64,000 bases of DNA from Sminthopsis crassicaudata (GCF_048593235.1 NC_133620.1:372339261-372403260); one strand, 5' to 3'; shown: positions 25,944 to 39,181, numbered from the stretch's first letter. Notes: a model not told the origin generated them from the letters alone. Numbers and translations are program-made.

Positions 25944-26006
25944 CTCCTTGAGTTTATCAGTAAGAATTTTTATCTCCTCTTCATATTTGTCTTCTTTCTG
26001 AGAATA
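25944..26006 (-). CDS. TPM3: TPM3 exon 7 (63 nt)
   Basis: YSQKEDKYEEEIKILTDKLKE; AG/GT boundaries. Confidence 0.97.
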
Positions 26007-26379
26007 CTGTAAAAGAATTAAAAGTAACAGTGGTTAAACCAAATGACCCTTGTTCATAGTAACTCCTCCCCTCCCCTTTTCACAAGAATCAATGGAAATT
26101 AATGCAACTTAATGCCTCATGAGGAAAGAGGGAACAGGTATGGGGAATGCTTATTAAGATCATTTCATGTCCTAATTATCCACAGGCCTGATGTCCCAGG
26201 GCACTTTCAACTGCAAAACTGCATTTTTGATAGTTATAAAATTAAAAAAAAAAAAAAAAATCAGGGTCAAGATAACCCTTAATACAGTTAAGGGAAAAGT
26301 TAGTCCCCCATTCCTCTCACTAAATCTCAATGTAATGCTACCTGCAAACCTATTTAGATCAATGATAACTGCCTGTTTT

Positions 26380-26415
<36 letters not shown>

Positions 26416-26596
26416 CAAGCCTGGCCTTTCATATCCTGAAAACTATAATGCTCAGAGGGCATGAAAGACCACACTATTAGCCACCACATCTTGAACCAAG
26501 GAGTGGTAAAAAAAAAAAAAGGGGGGGGGAGGGGGCGTTTCTCTTGCTGGATGCACATGGTAGGGCTGGGCCCAGGCCCCAAGCCTGTCCCTTTCA

Positions 26597-26698
<102 letters not shown>

Positions 26699-27243
26699 TT
26701 AAAGAAGGTAGGAGAGGAAAAGGGAAGAAGAAAACAAAGAGGAGAGGAGAGAGACATACAGATGTGAATCTATAGGTAGAGAGGATTAAGAAGTCACCAG
26801 GGGAGAGAAGCGCCAAGACAACCCTGAACAGTCCCCATTCTTCCTTCCCACCCTCACACTCCTAGCAGCATAGGTGGGGAGATTAACTCCTCCTAGGTTG
26901 GGACCAATATGCTGAAAGACAAGTAAGAGAAGAAAAATCCCTAAAAAGACACACTCCTGATGGGACATTTTCAGGAACAGGACAGTGTTGCCCAGGGTGG
27001 GGATGGGAGCTGTTGCCCAGCCCAACCATCCCCAACCACCCCCCCGCAAAGAGAAAGACAGGCCCTGTGGAAAGGCAGTAAAGCAGCTAGGAAGGAAGAG
27101 GTGAAAGATGTCAGCGGGAAAGAATGGAGCATTCCATGAGAGAGATGAGAAGACTAGTCAAACAAACCAGTGGAGGGGAGGCAGCTGCAAAACAAAACCA
27201 AACCACGCACGCACACCCTTTCTGTGGGTGCAACAGTTAGTAC

Positions 27244-27319
27244 CTTTTCTTCAGCAGCATTCAGACACTTCAGGTTCTGGTCCATCAGTCTGATCTGCTC
27301 ATCCATCTCCCGGCAACGG
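27244..27319 (-). CDS. TPM3: TPM3 mutually exclusive exon 6a (76 nt)
   Basis: (S)RCREMDEQIRLMDQNLKCLNAAEEK; weak donor GTACTA. Confidence 0.97.
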
Positions 27320-27947
27320 CTGTTAGTGTAGTCACAGGGGAAGAAGGGTAGGGAGCGGCACAAGCCAGGTGGTGGGGAGGGAAAAGGGTCAAAAAGAAGC
27401 ACAGCAAGATACAAGCAGCAGAGCAAAAGAAAAAAAAGGAGAAAAAACAAACCACCATGATCATGACATGCTGTGTCTGGGATACAGGTAGGGGGGATGG
27501 GTGGGAAGCACAAATGTGCCCATGTTAGGGGTGACTGTTACACAAGGCCTAGAAGATGCCATAATGGAGCAATAAGTATCTTTTTCCTAATTAACAGAAA
27601 AGCCAAATAACAATGAGAGTTTCCACCCCTCTCCCTCCATGCCACCTAGGGCTTGTGGAGAGAGTAGAATGGTCATTCCATCCTGAGACTATGATGGCAG
27701 AAACTATATTACGTGCTCTCCTCACCTATTATTTCATAACTTTTGATTAATCACAAAAGCCATTCCACAGCTAAGTCTTCTTCCATCTACTATTTGGAGA
27801 ACATTCTATTCCTCAAGCTCCAGATTTCTCCTCCCCCAGAAGGCCTTGTTTAACAAGACTGAAATGCTGGGTTTTTCACATTAGTGACCATTAACAAGGG
27901 AAAGGTGACTAATGATGGTGATAAGGACTTCAAAGTTAGATACTCAC

Positions 27948-28018
27948 GATTCTGCCAGCTCGGCCCGCTCCTCTGTGCGCTCCAAGTCTCCCTCAATGAT
28001 TACCAACTTTCGGGCCAC
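27948..28018 (-). CDS. TPM3: TPM3 exon 5 (71 nt)
   Basis: VARKLVIIEGDLERTEERAELAE(S); donor GTGAGT. Confidence 0.97.
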
Positions 28019-28106
28019 CTACATACAAAGTACCAACCAGGCCAGGGATCAGGGAAGGAAAGCAAATCCTTCAAGATGCTTTGGTCTCCCCCTTCTAAAG
28101 GGCTCA

Positions 28107-28316
<210 letters not shown>

Positions 28317-28725
28317 TCACAAGCCTATGGCTCAAGGAATCATTCTTTTTAATCTAATCTACCCATAGAAAGGACAAATGTTCTTTCCTGTAAGTGGTGA
28401 AAATGAGATAAAAATTAGCTAGGAGAATGCAATAACAAAGGCTTATTGTAAATGGGAGGGACCAGTTAGTAGATGCCATCATAAATAAGTACATATTAAA
28501 CCCTAGGGAAGCACTTTGAAGAGTCAAAATTCAAAAGCCTTTCCCCATACCCAGAAGCTTATCTAAAGTCCTCCCTTTAGATAAGCTTCTGGAGGACTAA
28601 AAACAGAAGAAACAGAACCTAAAAACTGGGTATTTGGTTAATAATTGAAAAGATTTCTTAGAATGGGTGAGATCTATTTAACAACCTTTTGGCTATAGAA
28701 AGCCATATAACAGTTCAAGCACTCA

Positions 28726-28860
<135 letters not shown>

Positions 28861-31800
28861 CTAGGTACAAAAGAACAGGGACACTGAGAAGAAAAGCTAA
28901 AAGTTCAAAACTCAACAAATAAGGTAACTACCATAAGGAAGTCAGAATAATTGGGCAAGGCCAAGTTCTACCCTGCTGATTAGAGATTTATATCTGGAAC
29001 TTGGTACATGCATAAACTCCTTTCACCCCAGCCATGCTCTACAGAAACAGGGTTTCAAAAATCAGCTTCTTGCTGAGCAAGTCAGCACCACCCCTTTTTT
29101 GGTCCCAGTTCAAGTTTGTAAATACAATAGGGCTAGAAAAATGCAGGCTGAGAAGGGTTCTCCCCTGGTCTGAATTCTGTTTAGAGGGAAAAGAGAAAAA
29201 GGGTTTCTTAAAGAAGCAAGAAGACAGGGCTATGAGCCTGGATTAATCTAGTAATTTGATGTATGACACCAGAAAACCTATAGAACTCAACTTATTTCTA
29301 AGAATAGAGAAAAATTATGAGGTGGCTAACTTCACTCAACCCTGCAACATTTGCTTTCCAAAGTCCTTTAAAGGAAAGGAAGAACCTCTAACCTGCCTGA
29401 AATTATCTCTGACATCCAAGAGATAATATGTATATCTACCCACATATGTTCCCACCCTTCCTTAAAGAATCTTTGTTTCTGAGAAAGAAACTTCTCTCAT
29501 ATTCTCCAACAATTTCTCGACAAAGCATACCTACTAATAATTTAACTAACAAGCATTAGCTAAGCCTCAGTATAATATTATAGAATGCTCAATTTGTATT
29601 TAGTTGGAAAATCTGAATTTGACTACTGACTCTACTAAATCCCTAATATGGCTAAGTTACAATCTCTCTGGGCCTCAGTTTATCTGCAAAATACCATGAA
29701 TCAAGTGCTTCTTAAAAGTATAAACTCCTTCCTATGTACACCACCAATGTGAATAAGCCATTCCCACTTCCCAATTTGCTTAGGAAGTGATAGACTAACC
29801 AAGTGAAGGAAATTTCAAGCAATCTATCCATAAATTAGGGGGAAAAAGGCAGAATAAAGGGAAGTCCAGAAAGAAATGAAATTCTAAAATAGTTACAAAA
29901 TGTAACTTTCAAAGCCTCAAGACTTTTCCCTACCCTTTAACTAGTTATCAAGCCAAACCCCAGCTACTGTAAGAATTTAATCTACCCAGCACACCACTTA
30001 ATTCAGATGCTTATCCAAGCACTTTGTAAACATGATCTTCCTTCAGCAGCCCAGCTGGCTAAGATTATGCCTGAAAGACCAGCTGGCTAAGATTGTGTCT
30101 GAATCTGGTTGTCCTGATTTTTCTCCCACCCCCCACCCCTTTTTTGAGTGGATGGGTGAGGTTTGAAGAATGATCAGCCAAATGCAATCATAACAAGAAA
30201 TTAGTTCCTTTGCCATCCAAAACTCAAAAGTAGGAGGGCCAGTGGTAATCTGGTGGAGGGTATAATGTGAATATGCTAAGTCAATCAAGCAATAGGTTTA
30301 TTTTGAGGGGGAGGGCTGTTAAAGAGTTTAAGCTGATCATATTTAGTGTGAGCCATATGCAAGAATTAGAAGTTTACCCAAGTGAATTGGATTAAAGTCC
30401 ATTTTACCCTAAACAGACCACATAAAATTATTTTATCCCTAATCTATCCGAGGAAGAAGTTATCTCCCAGGAAGCACATTTCTCTTAGAGGATCCTGCAA
30501 AGCCTGGACTGGATAAAGTACAGGGAGTCAGGTTTATAGTAGAATTTGTGAAACACTCCCAACATAATTACTGTTTTCTAGATAAGAAATTCCAAACCAA
30601 GAACTAAACTAGGTATTGGGGACAGCACAGGAGTGCATTTGGCATTTCACTGGATGGAAGATTCCTCTCATTCTGCAGCAAGAGAAACCATACTATGGGG
30701 GTGGAGGGGGCATACCTGTTTCCATGACAACAAGCTAGCTAGCTAGCTTGGGCGGTTTCTCTCTCTCAAACCAACATTTCCAATAAGCATTCTTTGCAAG
30801 GCTTCAAAGAAGGAAACAGTGGTGCCTATACATAACAAGGATAGGCAGAAACCAAGATAGGAAATCTCAGTAATGTGTTCTGAGACAACTCCAACCCCCT
30901 CCTCCTTAGGGCCTGTTGCTCTTCTGAAGATGGACTATTGAATCAAGCTCTGGTCTTTGGTTTGAGATTTTTGTCAGGCCAGGAGCCAAAAAAAGGAGGG
31001 GAAGAAGTGAAAGAGCACAATTAGGATGGAGGAGTGTTAAGCCCTCTAACTTTAACACTTATTTAGAGGTACATCCTTGAACACTTTTCCTCTCTCGGCT
31101 TCAACTTCCCTAATCAAAAAAGGAGGGAAACAGGCTAATGGTTGATTTATACCTTCCACTTTTAAGGTGTCATGATTTTATCAATTGAGGTCAAAAAGAG
31201 AATTGGATGAGCTAGACCACCTGCTTCCTGGGGAGAGAGGTTTAATGCTTAGCATACTGACTGGCACATAGTAGGTGCTTAATAAATGCTACTTCTTCCC
31301 ACTCCCAGATATGGATCTGATCTTTTGGACTTAGTGACTCCACCCCACCACCATTAATCTTCTAGACCAGTTCAGTTAATTATTCCCCACTCAAAAAAGC
31401 TACTACAGGTTTGGCCTAAAAGTGGAGATCTAAGTGGTCCTGTAGCTCTTAAGATGCAGCTACCAGCCCAAGTCACTGAACCCAACTTACTTTATATCCT
31501 TCATAATAACCAACACCATTAAAACTAGCTCCCTGCACACTAGATTTCACTGAGACCTACACTAAGAGCCCAAACAAGTGATGCACCAAAACTCAGACTT
31601 AGACCCAACCTGACCCTCTGCCACTCTAAGTTCCCTCTTTTTAAGAGATCTGTAATAAATGTTCAGAAGGAAAGAATAAGAGAAAAATTATGCAAGAGCC
31701 CCAAGTGAAGGGAAAATTTGGTATTGGTTCCGTTCATAGTGTTCCTGTTTATCTACTGGGGAGATATGGTGCCCTTGAGGAATTTAGGTTTCTATTTTAA

Positions 31801-33479
31801 AGGGGTATGGGGGTGGGGGGAAGGAGATCGAAGTACTAGGCCCTAGGGTAAACAAAGGTGGAGACAAAGCTAAGGCATTCAGAGCAAAGGGCTCTTGGCC
31901 CTTCCCCAAAGTTTATGTGTAGGTTTTAAAAGATCAGAGCTTCGTCCGGGCTTACCAGGCTCTACAAAGAGTCTGCCTCATAGCATGGTCTTAACAAGGT
32001 TCCAAGGTCTAGAATCTGAGATTAAGGCCAGCTTCTAGTAAGTTCAGTTAAGAGTTTAGTCAACTAAACTTCCCAAAATCTGTCGGGGTAAATAGTGGGG
32101 GCAAAATATAAGAGTTGACAAGCTTTCACATATCACTTTTTTCTATTAAAGCAGTGATGCAATTTTATATCCTAAGTCTAAAAGTGCTATTACCAGTTTG
32201 CCTTCATTATGAAGGTTAATCACCAACAGATACATCAATGACCCTATATACAATCATTAAACTGCTTCTTCATCCCTTCCCCACCTAACTAGAGGCTGGT
32301 TGAGTCCAGATAAAAGGAGCAACCAAAGCCAAAGGAAAAAACTGAAATTTTAAGTGACAATCCAAATAACTTGTATATAGCGTGGAGAAATCACCCTACA
32401 AATTCATACTTCAGGATGTTCCAGAAAAGGTTAATAAGAGGACCCAGCCCCACTCCCTTCCCCTAGAGGAAGAGAAGACTGAGCAAAAAGGTAATTATTG
32501 GATTCCCCAGAGCTGGGGGGTGGGGGGGAAGATTCATTACCCAGGGACGATAGCCTACTTCCCCATTTTGAAGACTTCCTCACTAGTCCTCAGGGCAACA
32601 ATCGGGTTTGGCAGGCTCCCCTAGATTAAGAAGCATTAATCTACAGCTACTCCCAAAGCACTCAAGACACCAAGGTTAGTCTCTAAATGGGTGGGGAAAA
32701 AAAAGCTAAATTAAAGCAGCTCCTCTAATTCAAAGACCTATAGGAAGAAAACTAATCTATGGAATCTAGGAGAAACAAAGGTACTTCGGACCAGTATCTA
32801 TTCAAGATACTCTCTAATGAAAAGAGTTCTATAGACGTACAAACACTGGGAGGGGTAGGAGGGGCCACTTTAATTTAAGGCTGAAGTTATTAAATAAAGG
32901 ATAAAAGGTGGGATATTTCTAATCAAAGGTGAAAGCCAGCTTAGGGTACTTAAGTTTATTAATAAGATTGTAAGTACTCAGTGTTAAGTCCTCCAAGTTT
33001 TTGCTATTTGGCTTAATTGTTCAGCTCCATCATAACTCCCCCCCCCCTTCAACTTGCTCCTTTAACTCCACCTTCCCAAACCTTAAACTACCCTGTCAGG
33101 TAACTAGACAAAACAATAAAATCACTTTTTCCTCACTAGGTACAAATATTCCATCAAGTATTGAAATTAAGCCAGTTGCCCTCCTCACAATTCTTCCAAC
33201 ACCAATTTCTCACCAGACAACAGTACATTTCTTCTCCATTTACCAGAATCAGATATTCCCACATCACGTTACATACGTGTTCATCATTCTTGCAAACTGC
33301 TATTGCTCAGAGACGCCTCTATCCCCTGCCTAACCACTTCTAAGCAGAAAGCACTTTCACAGTCATCACTGACTTCCAACACATATTTGGTACTTTCAAG
33401 GGCCCAAACCGTTCTCTGTAAGAGTACCAGGGGAACAAAGAATTCGACAATGAGAGAAGTAGACCCACAAGTCATAGGT

Positions 33480-35660
33480 AGTTCACGAGAGCCCAGTAAC
33501 CTGTTACATTGCCCATGTCCCCAGAATTCCGAGCGGAAGCCGGCATCCTAAATGACGCCGCTCTGTATAAAGCTATTTACATCAGTGCAAGGAGAAAGTT
33601 CTCTTAGGTTCGGCGTGCACTGAGCTTGCTTCACAAAGACTTGACACTGGCTTGGGAGGCAGGAGCCTCTGCCAAACAAGCTCCCATACCAAGAAAAGAA
33701 AGGTCGAACCCCTACTTCTGCTCCTGCCTCCCTCTTTTAGGGAGGGAAGCAGATTTATCCCAGTTAAGTGAAGCCGACCGGGTGGCGGGCCTGTGGGAAA
33801 GGACCATAGGAGGGAGAATAGGAGGCGTTGCAAGCCCCATCCTCCGTGGGGGGGAGGGGGTACCGCATTTCCTCTCAACCGAACTGCTGCCTCATTTCCT
33901 GAACAGAGGGAGCGGAAAGGCTGCCAGCGGCCCCAGCTGGGGGCTTTCCTGCCGCCCTTCGCCCCGGGACCCAGCCACGCAGCCAGAAGCTCAGCCCGCC
34001 GCTTAGGCTTCGGGAAAATCGCTCAGGGGCTTTGCCTCCCGGCTCAGTCTCCCCCACCATCGCCCCCTTCAAGCAAAGGGAAGGAGAGCAGAAAAGCCCC
34101 TCCCCTGACCGCGCCCCAGCTCCAGCAGAATGAATGAATGGGCCTGGACCGGGGTTGGGGAAGGGGAGAGCCCACAACCCCGGCCCCCCTGCGGCCGTGC
34201 ACCCCTCCGGGCGCTGCGGAAATGTACGAATTTTACTCAGGCGAGCCCATCTGTCCACTCTTGGGACGCAGTTCATCGCGTTCCTCGGCCCGCTTCTGCC
34301 CAGTATCAGTTCCCCGCAAGCCAGATGCCACCTCCGGGCTGGCCGGCTCCTTCGAATCTTGACCGAGAGGCTTTCCAAGTCCCGGGTCCCGGGTCCCTCC
34401 AGCCCCCGGCCCGGCCCCGCCCCGCCAGGCCCGTCCGGATACCTGTTCCCGGGCCCGTTTCTCCCCCTCCACCTCCCGCTGGAGACGCTCGGCCCTCTCC
34501 TCGGCGTCATCGGCCTGCTGCTGCAGAACCTGAATCTTGCGCTTCACCGCCTCGATGGTGGTGATACCAGCCATGGTGCCCGCCCCGTTCCGGCTCCCGC
34601 TCCGGCTGCTGCCTCCTCCGCTCGGTGCTGCTGCCGCTTCTCAGCCCTACTTCCGCCTGCTCCGCCCTGAAATACCGGAACTCGCCCACTCCGTCCGGAT
34701 GTGACGACGGCCCCGCTCCCCTTCTCCCCTCCCTCCGCCAACCAGGCGGGAAGGCAGCGGGCTGGGAGGGAGACGGGTGGGGGAGCGAGGGGCGGGGCTT
34801 GTATGTCGACCCCGAGGACTGACTTGCCGACTGACTGCACCCTCAACCCCACCACCAGTTTCCTGCGGTGAGCGGGAGGGGGCCGCTGCCATGGTAACCA
34901 GAAGGCGCGGCTCAGTCGGGGCCTCTCCGGCCCCGCAGGCTTCCCACAATGGCCGGACCTGCCACGCGCACTCCTCTGAATCTCCAGTGACGCTCCACAA
35001 AGCTGACCGCCCTCTCGACCCCTCCCAACCAGCTCTCCACCTTTGGTCTCCGGGGAGCCCTTTGACCCCTGCTAAGTCCTAACAAAAGATCCGATTTCTC
35101 CTCTTTCTCCCGTCTGAGCTTCTGGCGCCCCCAGGAAGGAGGCCATGATCCGCTTTCTGGGTACAAGCGGGACTCTGCCCCTTCCCTGGGCCGCTCCTGA
35201 CCGAGCCCAGGCGAGAGGAGCCAGCTGCAACGAGAGAGAGCCTCGGGAGCCCTTGGTGATGGAGAGATCCGAAGGAGGCCGACTTACCATTCTGGGTGGG
35301 AGAAGCGCTTTGTAAACCTTAGGGGGGCACAGACCTGCTACCTCTTCACCACTCATAAATTTACGGATTCCCATCGGTGTTACTCCTGATCATTGTCCCG
35401 ATGGTTAATGATACCGAGCACCGCGGTGGGGGTGGGGAGGGACAAGCCGGAGCTGTTCCTACAAACTGGGCTGCCTCCGAGGCCAGATCCTGGAAAACAC
35501 GGGGCTTGGAAATCCTCCCTAGCAGTCCCTCCTCCCGCCGCTCGTGCTGTGGCCGTGCACCGGGCCTGGGAGCACAGCTTGAGGGGACGGACAGCCTAAC
35601 TAAGCAAGGGGGGCTCCTGGCTTTCACTCACCCCCTCCGCATCGAGTTACACCTTCTCTA
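33480..35660. promoter_or_regulatory. TPM3: CpG island and internal promoter of TPM3 exon 1b
   Basis: dense CpG/GC; GC boxes and G-run clusters at about 34745-34800 just upstream of exon 1b; boundaries approximate. Confidence 0.85.
34443..34574 (-). CDS. TPM3: TPM3 alternative first exon 1b coding part (132 nt, low-molecular-weight isoforms)
   Basis: Kozak gcaccATGG; [44 protein letters not shown]; CAG|GTATCC. Confidence 0.98.
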
Positions 35661-37377
35661 GCAACATCACTGCCACCTTGATCAAAGTTACATTGGTAAA
35701 CATTTACAAATTGAAACAAATGAAACAGACTCATTGGGCCACCCTTGATAGGATTCTGAAAGATACTATGGCAAAGAAAATTCAGAAATGAGCTCCCCCT
35801 TTTGATGACCAGGGGAAGTGATTATTCTTTAGTTTCCTTAGCTTTGTCTCATCATCTTCTGGCCAGGTTGGTTGTCCAAAGACTTAACTTTAAGACAGTG
35901 TTTTAGGCCAAAAAAATTTTAGCTTGAGTTTCAAACTAGCCTTTTTTAGTTTCAATCCTCCCGAGGCTTTCATAGTCACTTTCTAAATGATATGTTAAAG
36001 CCAAGTATTCTGGTTAAACATTCCAGATAACACTTTCCAACAAAGTGTAGGAAGACCAACTAAATTGCTTTTTTCTGTTTTTCTTTTCTTACTAACTTCT
36101 AAATTCTTTCTCTCAGAAACCCCAAAATTTTTGGGTTTGTTTTTTGTTTTTGCACTTTGGTTTTTTTTAACCCGAAGTTAAATAGAGTATAGAAAATCTA
36201 AAAGTCCTTACCCCTGAGATTGGCAAAAGACATGATACATACCTGTTTCGTCAAGTATTGGGTTCTTAGCATATCACAAGAATAGTTTCTCAGAAGGGTT
36301 GTTTTCCTCTTTCCTGCAATTAGAACTATTCCAGAAGACAGTTGGGCATTTGCCCAGTCTCCTAAGTCATAGCCTGTCCTTTTATATTTTTTCCAGTCAA
36401 AGATGGAGCAAGAATGGTCTGAGATCACTGAGTAATGATTTGAATTACAGGAAACACTAACTAGTCTTGGAAATTGTTCATCCTACATCACCTACTTACT
36501 TGGCATAGGGTAATTTATAGTTGCTAGAATTTGAATGCTAGAATTTCTATGATTTATGGTTAAATTTCTTGTTTGAATGTTTGATAGTTTTGTTGATTAT
36601 ATTATATTCATAATAATGTGTCAGTCGGCAAGGGGGCACTGTTGCTCTTTTTGTTAATTTTCTCAAGGCCAGAGAAAATTAAAAAAAAAAAAAAATCCTC
36701 TCCATCATAGACTGGGAGTGAATTGAGAAGTCTTTGATAGCTCTTTAGGATTACTACATTCTTTAGACAGGCATATTTGAACAGATAATCTCCATTTAAT
36801 CCTGAGGAACAGATGAGCTGGCCCCTTATATCCTTTAAAAGGATGATGGATGGAAAGCAAGGGAGTCGTGTGCTATTGTTTTCTTGGAGACCAACAATAC
36901 ATTGGCAGGTGTCATTATAGGCCCAGAATCTCCCTCAAGCCCTCAGTTCTCCCTCCCGTTCTTTATTCCCTAAAGTACAGTGCTATAACATTTTGCCCTA
37001 AACCATGCTTCTTTCTATTAGTTCTCACTGAAAAAAGTGCTGCTTCTACCTCTGAATATGCAGAACTTTACTTCTTCCTTTGTCAAAAGAACTCTTGAAA
37101 AATCCTGTTTTCTCTAGCAAGGCATTCAAAGACAACCAAATCTCATTATTTAAACACAATTCCTATATAAGTTTCCTGCTTCCCTCATTATCTCTACCAC
37201 AACCTTCATCCCAACTCCTTTGTCTTCTGATAAGACTTAATGTTTTCACTAATGTTATTAATCCTAATTCTTTAGCCTTTACCTATTCAATTTTTCTTTG
37301 TTCTTTATATAATGCCTCAGAAGGCAGGGACTAAACTCTATAAACTCTTTCTTTGTATAGGACCTAATGAACTTCCC

Positions 37378-37630
37378 CCAAAGGCTAGGTGGTAAAGTGA
37401 GTAAAGTACTGGGCCTGAAGTCAGGAAGATTCATTTTTCTGAGCTCAAATATGGCCTCAGATATTTAATAAGTCATATAACCTAGGATGATCAGGTCATA
37501 AAATGTTTGCCTCAGTTTCCTCATCTGTAAAATGAGCTTGAGAAGGAAATGGCAAACCACTCTCGTATCTTTGCCAAGAAAAAACCAATGGAGTCACAAC
37601 CCCAAAAGAAGTCATGATTCAACAAAAATA
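37378..37630 (+). mobile_element. MAR1-like CORE-SINE
   Basis: MIR core followed by gagaaggaaatggcaaaccactctcgtatctttgccaagaaaa RTE-type tail. Confidence 0.78.
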
Positions 37631-37638
37631 AATTATAA

Positions 37639-37752
37639 GGGGGGCAGCTAGGTGGCGCAGTGGATAGAGCACCAGCCTTGAGACACTTAACACTTCCTAG
37701 CTGTGTGACCCTGGGCAAGTCACTTAAGCCCAGCCTTAAAAGAAAAAAAAAA
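37639..37752 (+). mobile_element. WSINE1-like SINE with internal deletion removing the B box
   Basis: accagccttg joined directly to agacacttaacacttcc. Confidence 0.85.
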
Positions 37753-37774
37753 CATTTTTTAAGATCAAAAATCT

Positions 37775-37950
37775 AGAACTGGAAAAGACCTTTGAAGATC
37801 ATCTAGTCCAACCCCTTCATTTTACAGATGAAGAAACTGAAGCTCTGGAAAACTAAATGACTTAACCAAAGTCACATAACACCAAAGCTGGGATTCAAAT
37901 TCTCAAATGCTGAGATTCAAAGTTCAACCATTTTTTCTACTGTACTGCAC
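37775..37950 (-). mobile_element. MIR3-like SINE
   Basis: catctagtccaacccc..attttacagatgaagaaactga core. Confidence 0.7.
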
Positions 37951-38334
37951 TATCTCTCATAAAGACTTGACCTGTTTCTTCTTACTCAATCTCTTGCTTC
38001 TCCCCATTAGCAATAACTCATCATCAGACCAAAACCTTGTTTCCCTTCTTTGCTTGCAAAGTTCCTTTTCTCATCCATGAAGCCCAATTTCAGATTTTCC
38101 TATTTTGTACCTTGCCTACTTCTCTTTCATTTGATCTTCTGACTTTCAGTTTATCTATAAAATGAGGCATTTGAACTACATAATGTCAGATCCCTTCTCA
38201 TTCCAAATCTGTGACCCTTTCTCTTCTGTTTCTCAGCTTCATCTTTAAGAATACTTGTTGGAAAAAAGAGATAAAGGCTAATAATGTATGTCTGAATTAC
38301 AGTGCAGCCATGCTCAGTTTGATCACTAAGAGAA

Positions 38335-38660
38335 ACTCTGTGGTATATATAGTTGAAAGAGTACTGACCTTAAAACTGGGAAGGCCAGCTCTTCTCCTTT
38401 AATGGCTGTATCATTTTGAGCTAGCAATTATACATCTGAGTCTTACTTTCCTCCTGTGTAAAATAAAGATAACTTTCCCTACCACACAGAATTGTTATAA
38501 GGGTAAACAAATAGTATAGAATGGAGCAACATATAACCAGGAATTATTATATATATATAAACTTTTGTGGGTCTTTATCAGTAGGGGAGATTTATTTGGG
38601 AGTTTATAAGGCTCAAATGAGAATGTGTAAAGTGCTTTATAAATTTTGAAGAGATATAGT
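38335..38660 (+). mobile_element. Old MIR SINE
   Basis: head tgtggtatatatagttgaaagagtactg, core ttcctcctgtgtaaaataaagata; approximate. Confidence 0.55.
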
Positions 38661-39147
38661 AAATTTTGATGGGGATAATACCTCATAGGCCAGTGGATGG
38701 CATTATGTGTGCATGTATAATCTAAAAGAGGAGAGAAAATTATTTCTGGAGTTTTTCATAACTCTTCTATCATCTAAGACTATTAGCTTAAATATCTATG
38801 CACTACTCTAAAGATCTCAGGTTACATATACTTGCTTTTCCCCAAATATACATTCCTAATAACCTCACCACCTGGCCTGTCATTCCTGACATAAAGCTCA
38901 AATCCAGGGTTCTCTGATATAATTCTTCCAGAATAATTATTACCTAAAGGGATTCAGTTTCCTATATTCCCCAAAATGATACTAAACCTGCTTTGTTGTT
39001 AGTATCTCATTAATCCTCTAATCTCTTCCTTTCTACACATGACAGTTTGTAGGAACCAGGATAAAAAGTTCCTGGGAATAGCTCAGGGTAGAACAATGCT
39101 CAAAAACATTTAATGCCCAAAGAGTCTGTGCTATGGTCAATAGTTTT

Positions 39148-39181
<34 letters not shown>

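Noticed and set aside
31940-32030. Donor CTG|GTAAGC in the 1b-3 intron
   Set aside because: No convincing acceptor or promoter signal, and the nearby ATG stops after two codons; too weak alone.
32053-32070. 8-bp inverted repeat agtttagt-ca-actaaact, and a similar short stem at 60808-60835
   Set aside because: Short AT-rich stems are expected by chance in 64 kb.
33875-35166. Many overlapping 100-210 aa ORFs around TPM3 exon 1b
   Set aside because: Expected from stop-poor GC-rich island DNA; Pro/Gly/Arg-rich with no recognisable domain. Only the 1b frame has a matching donor and homology.
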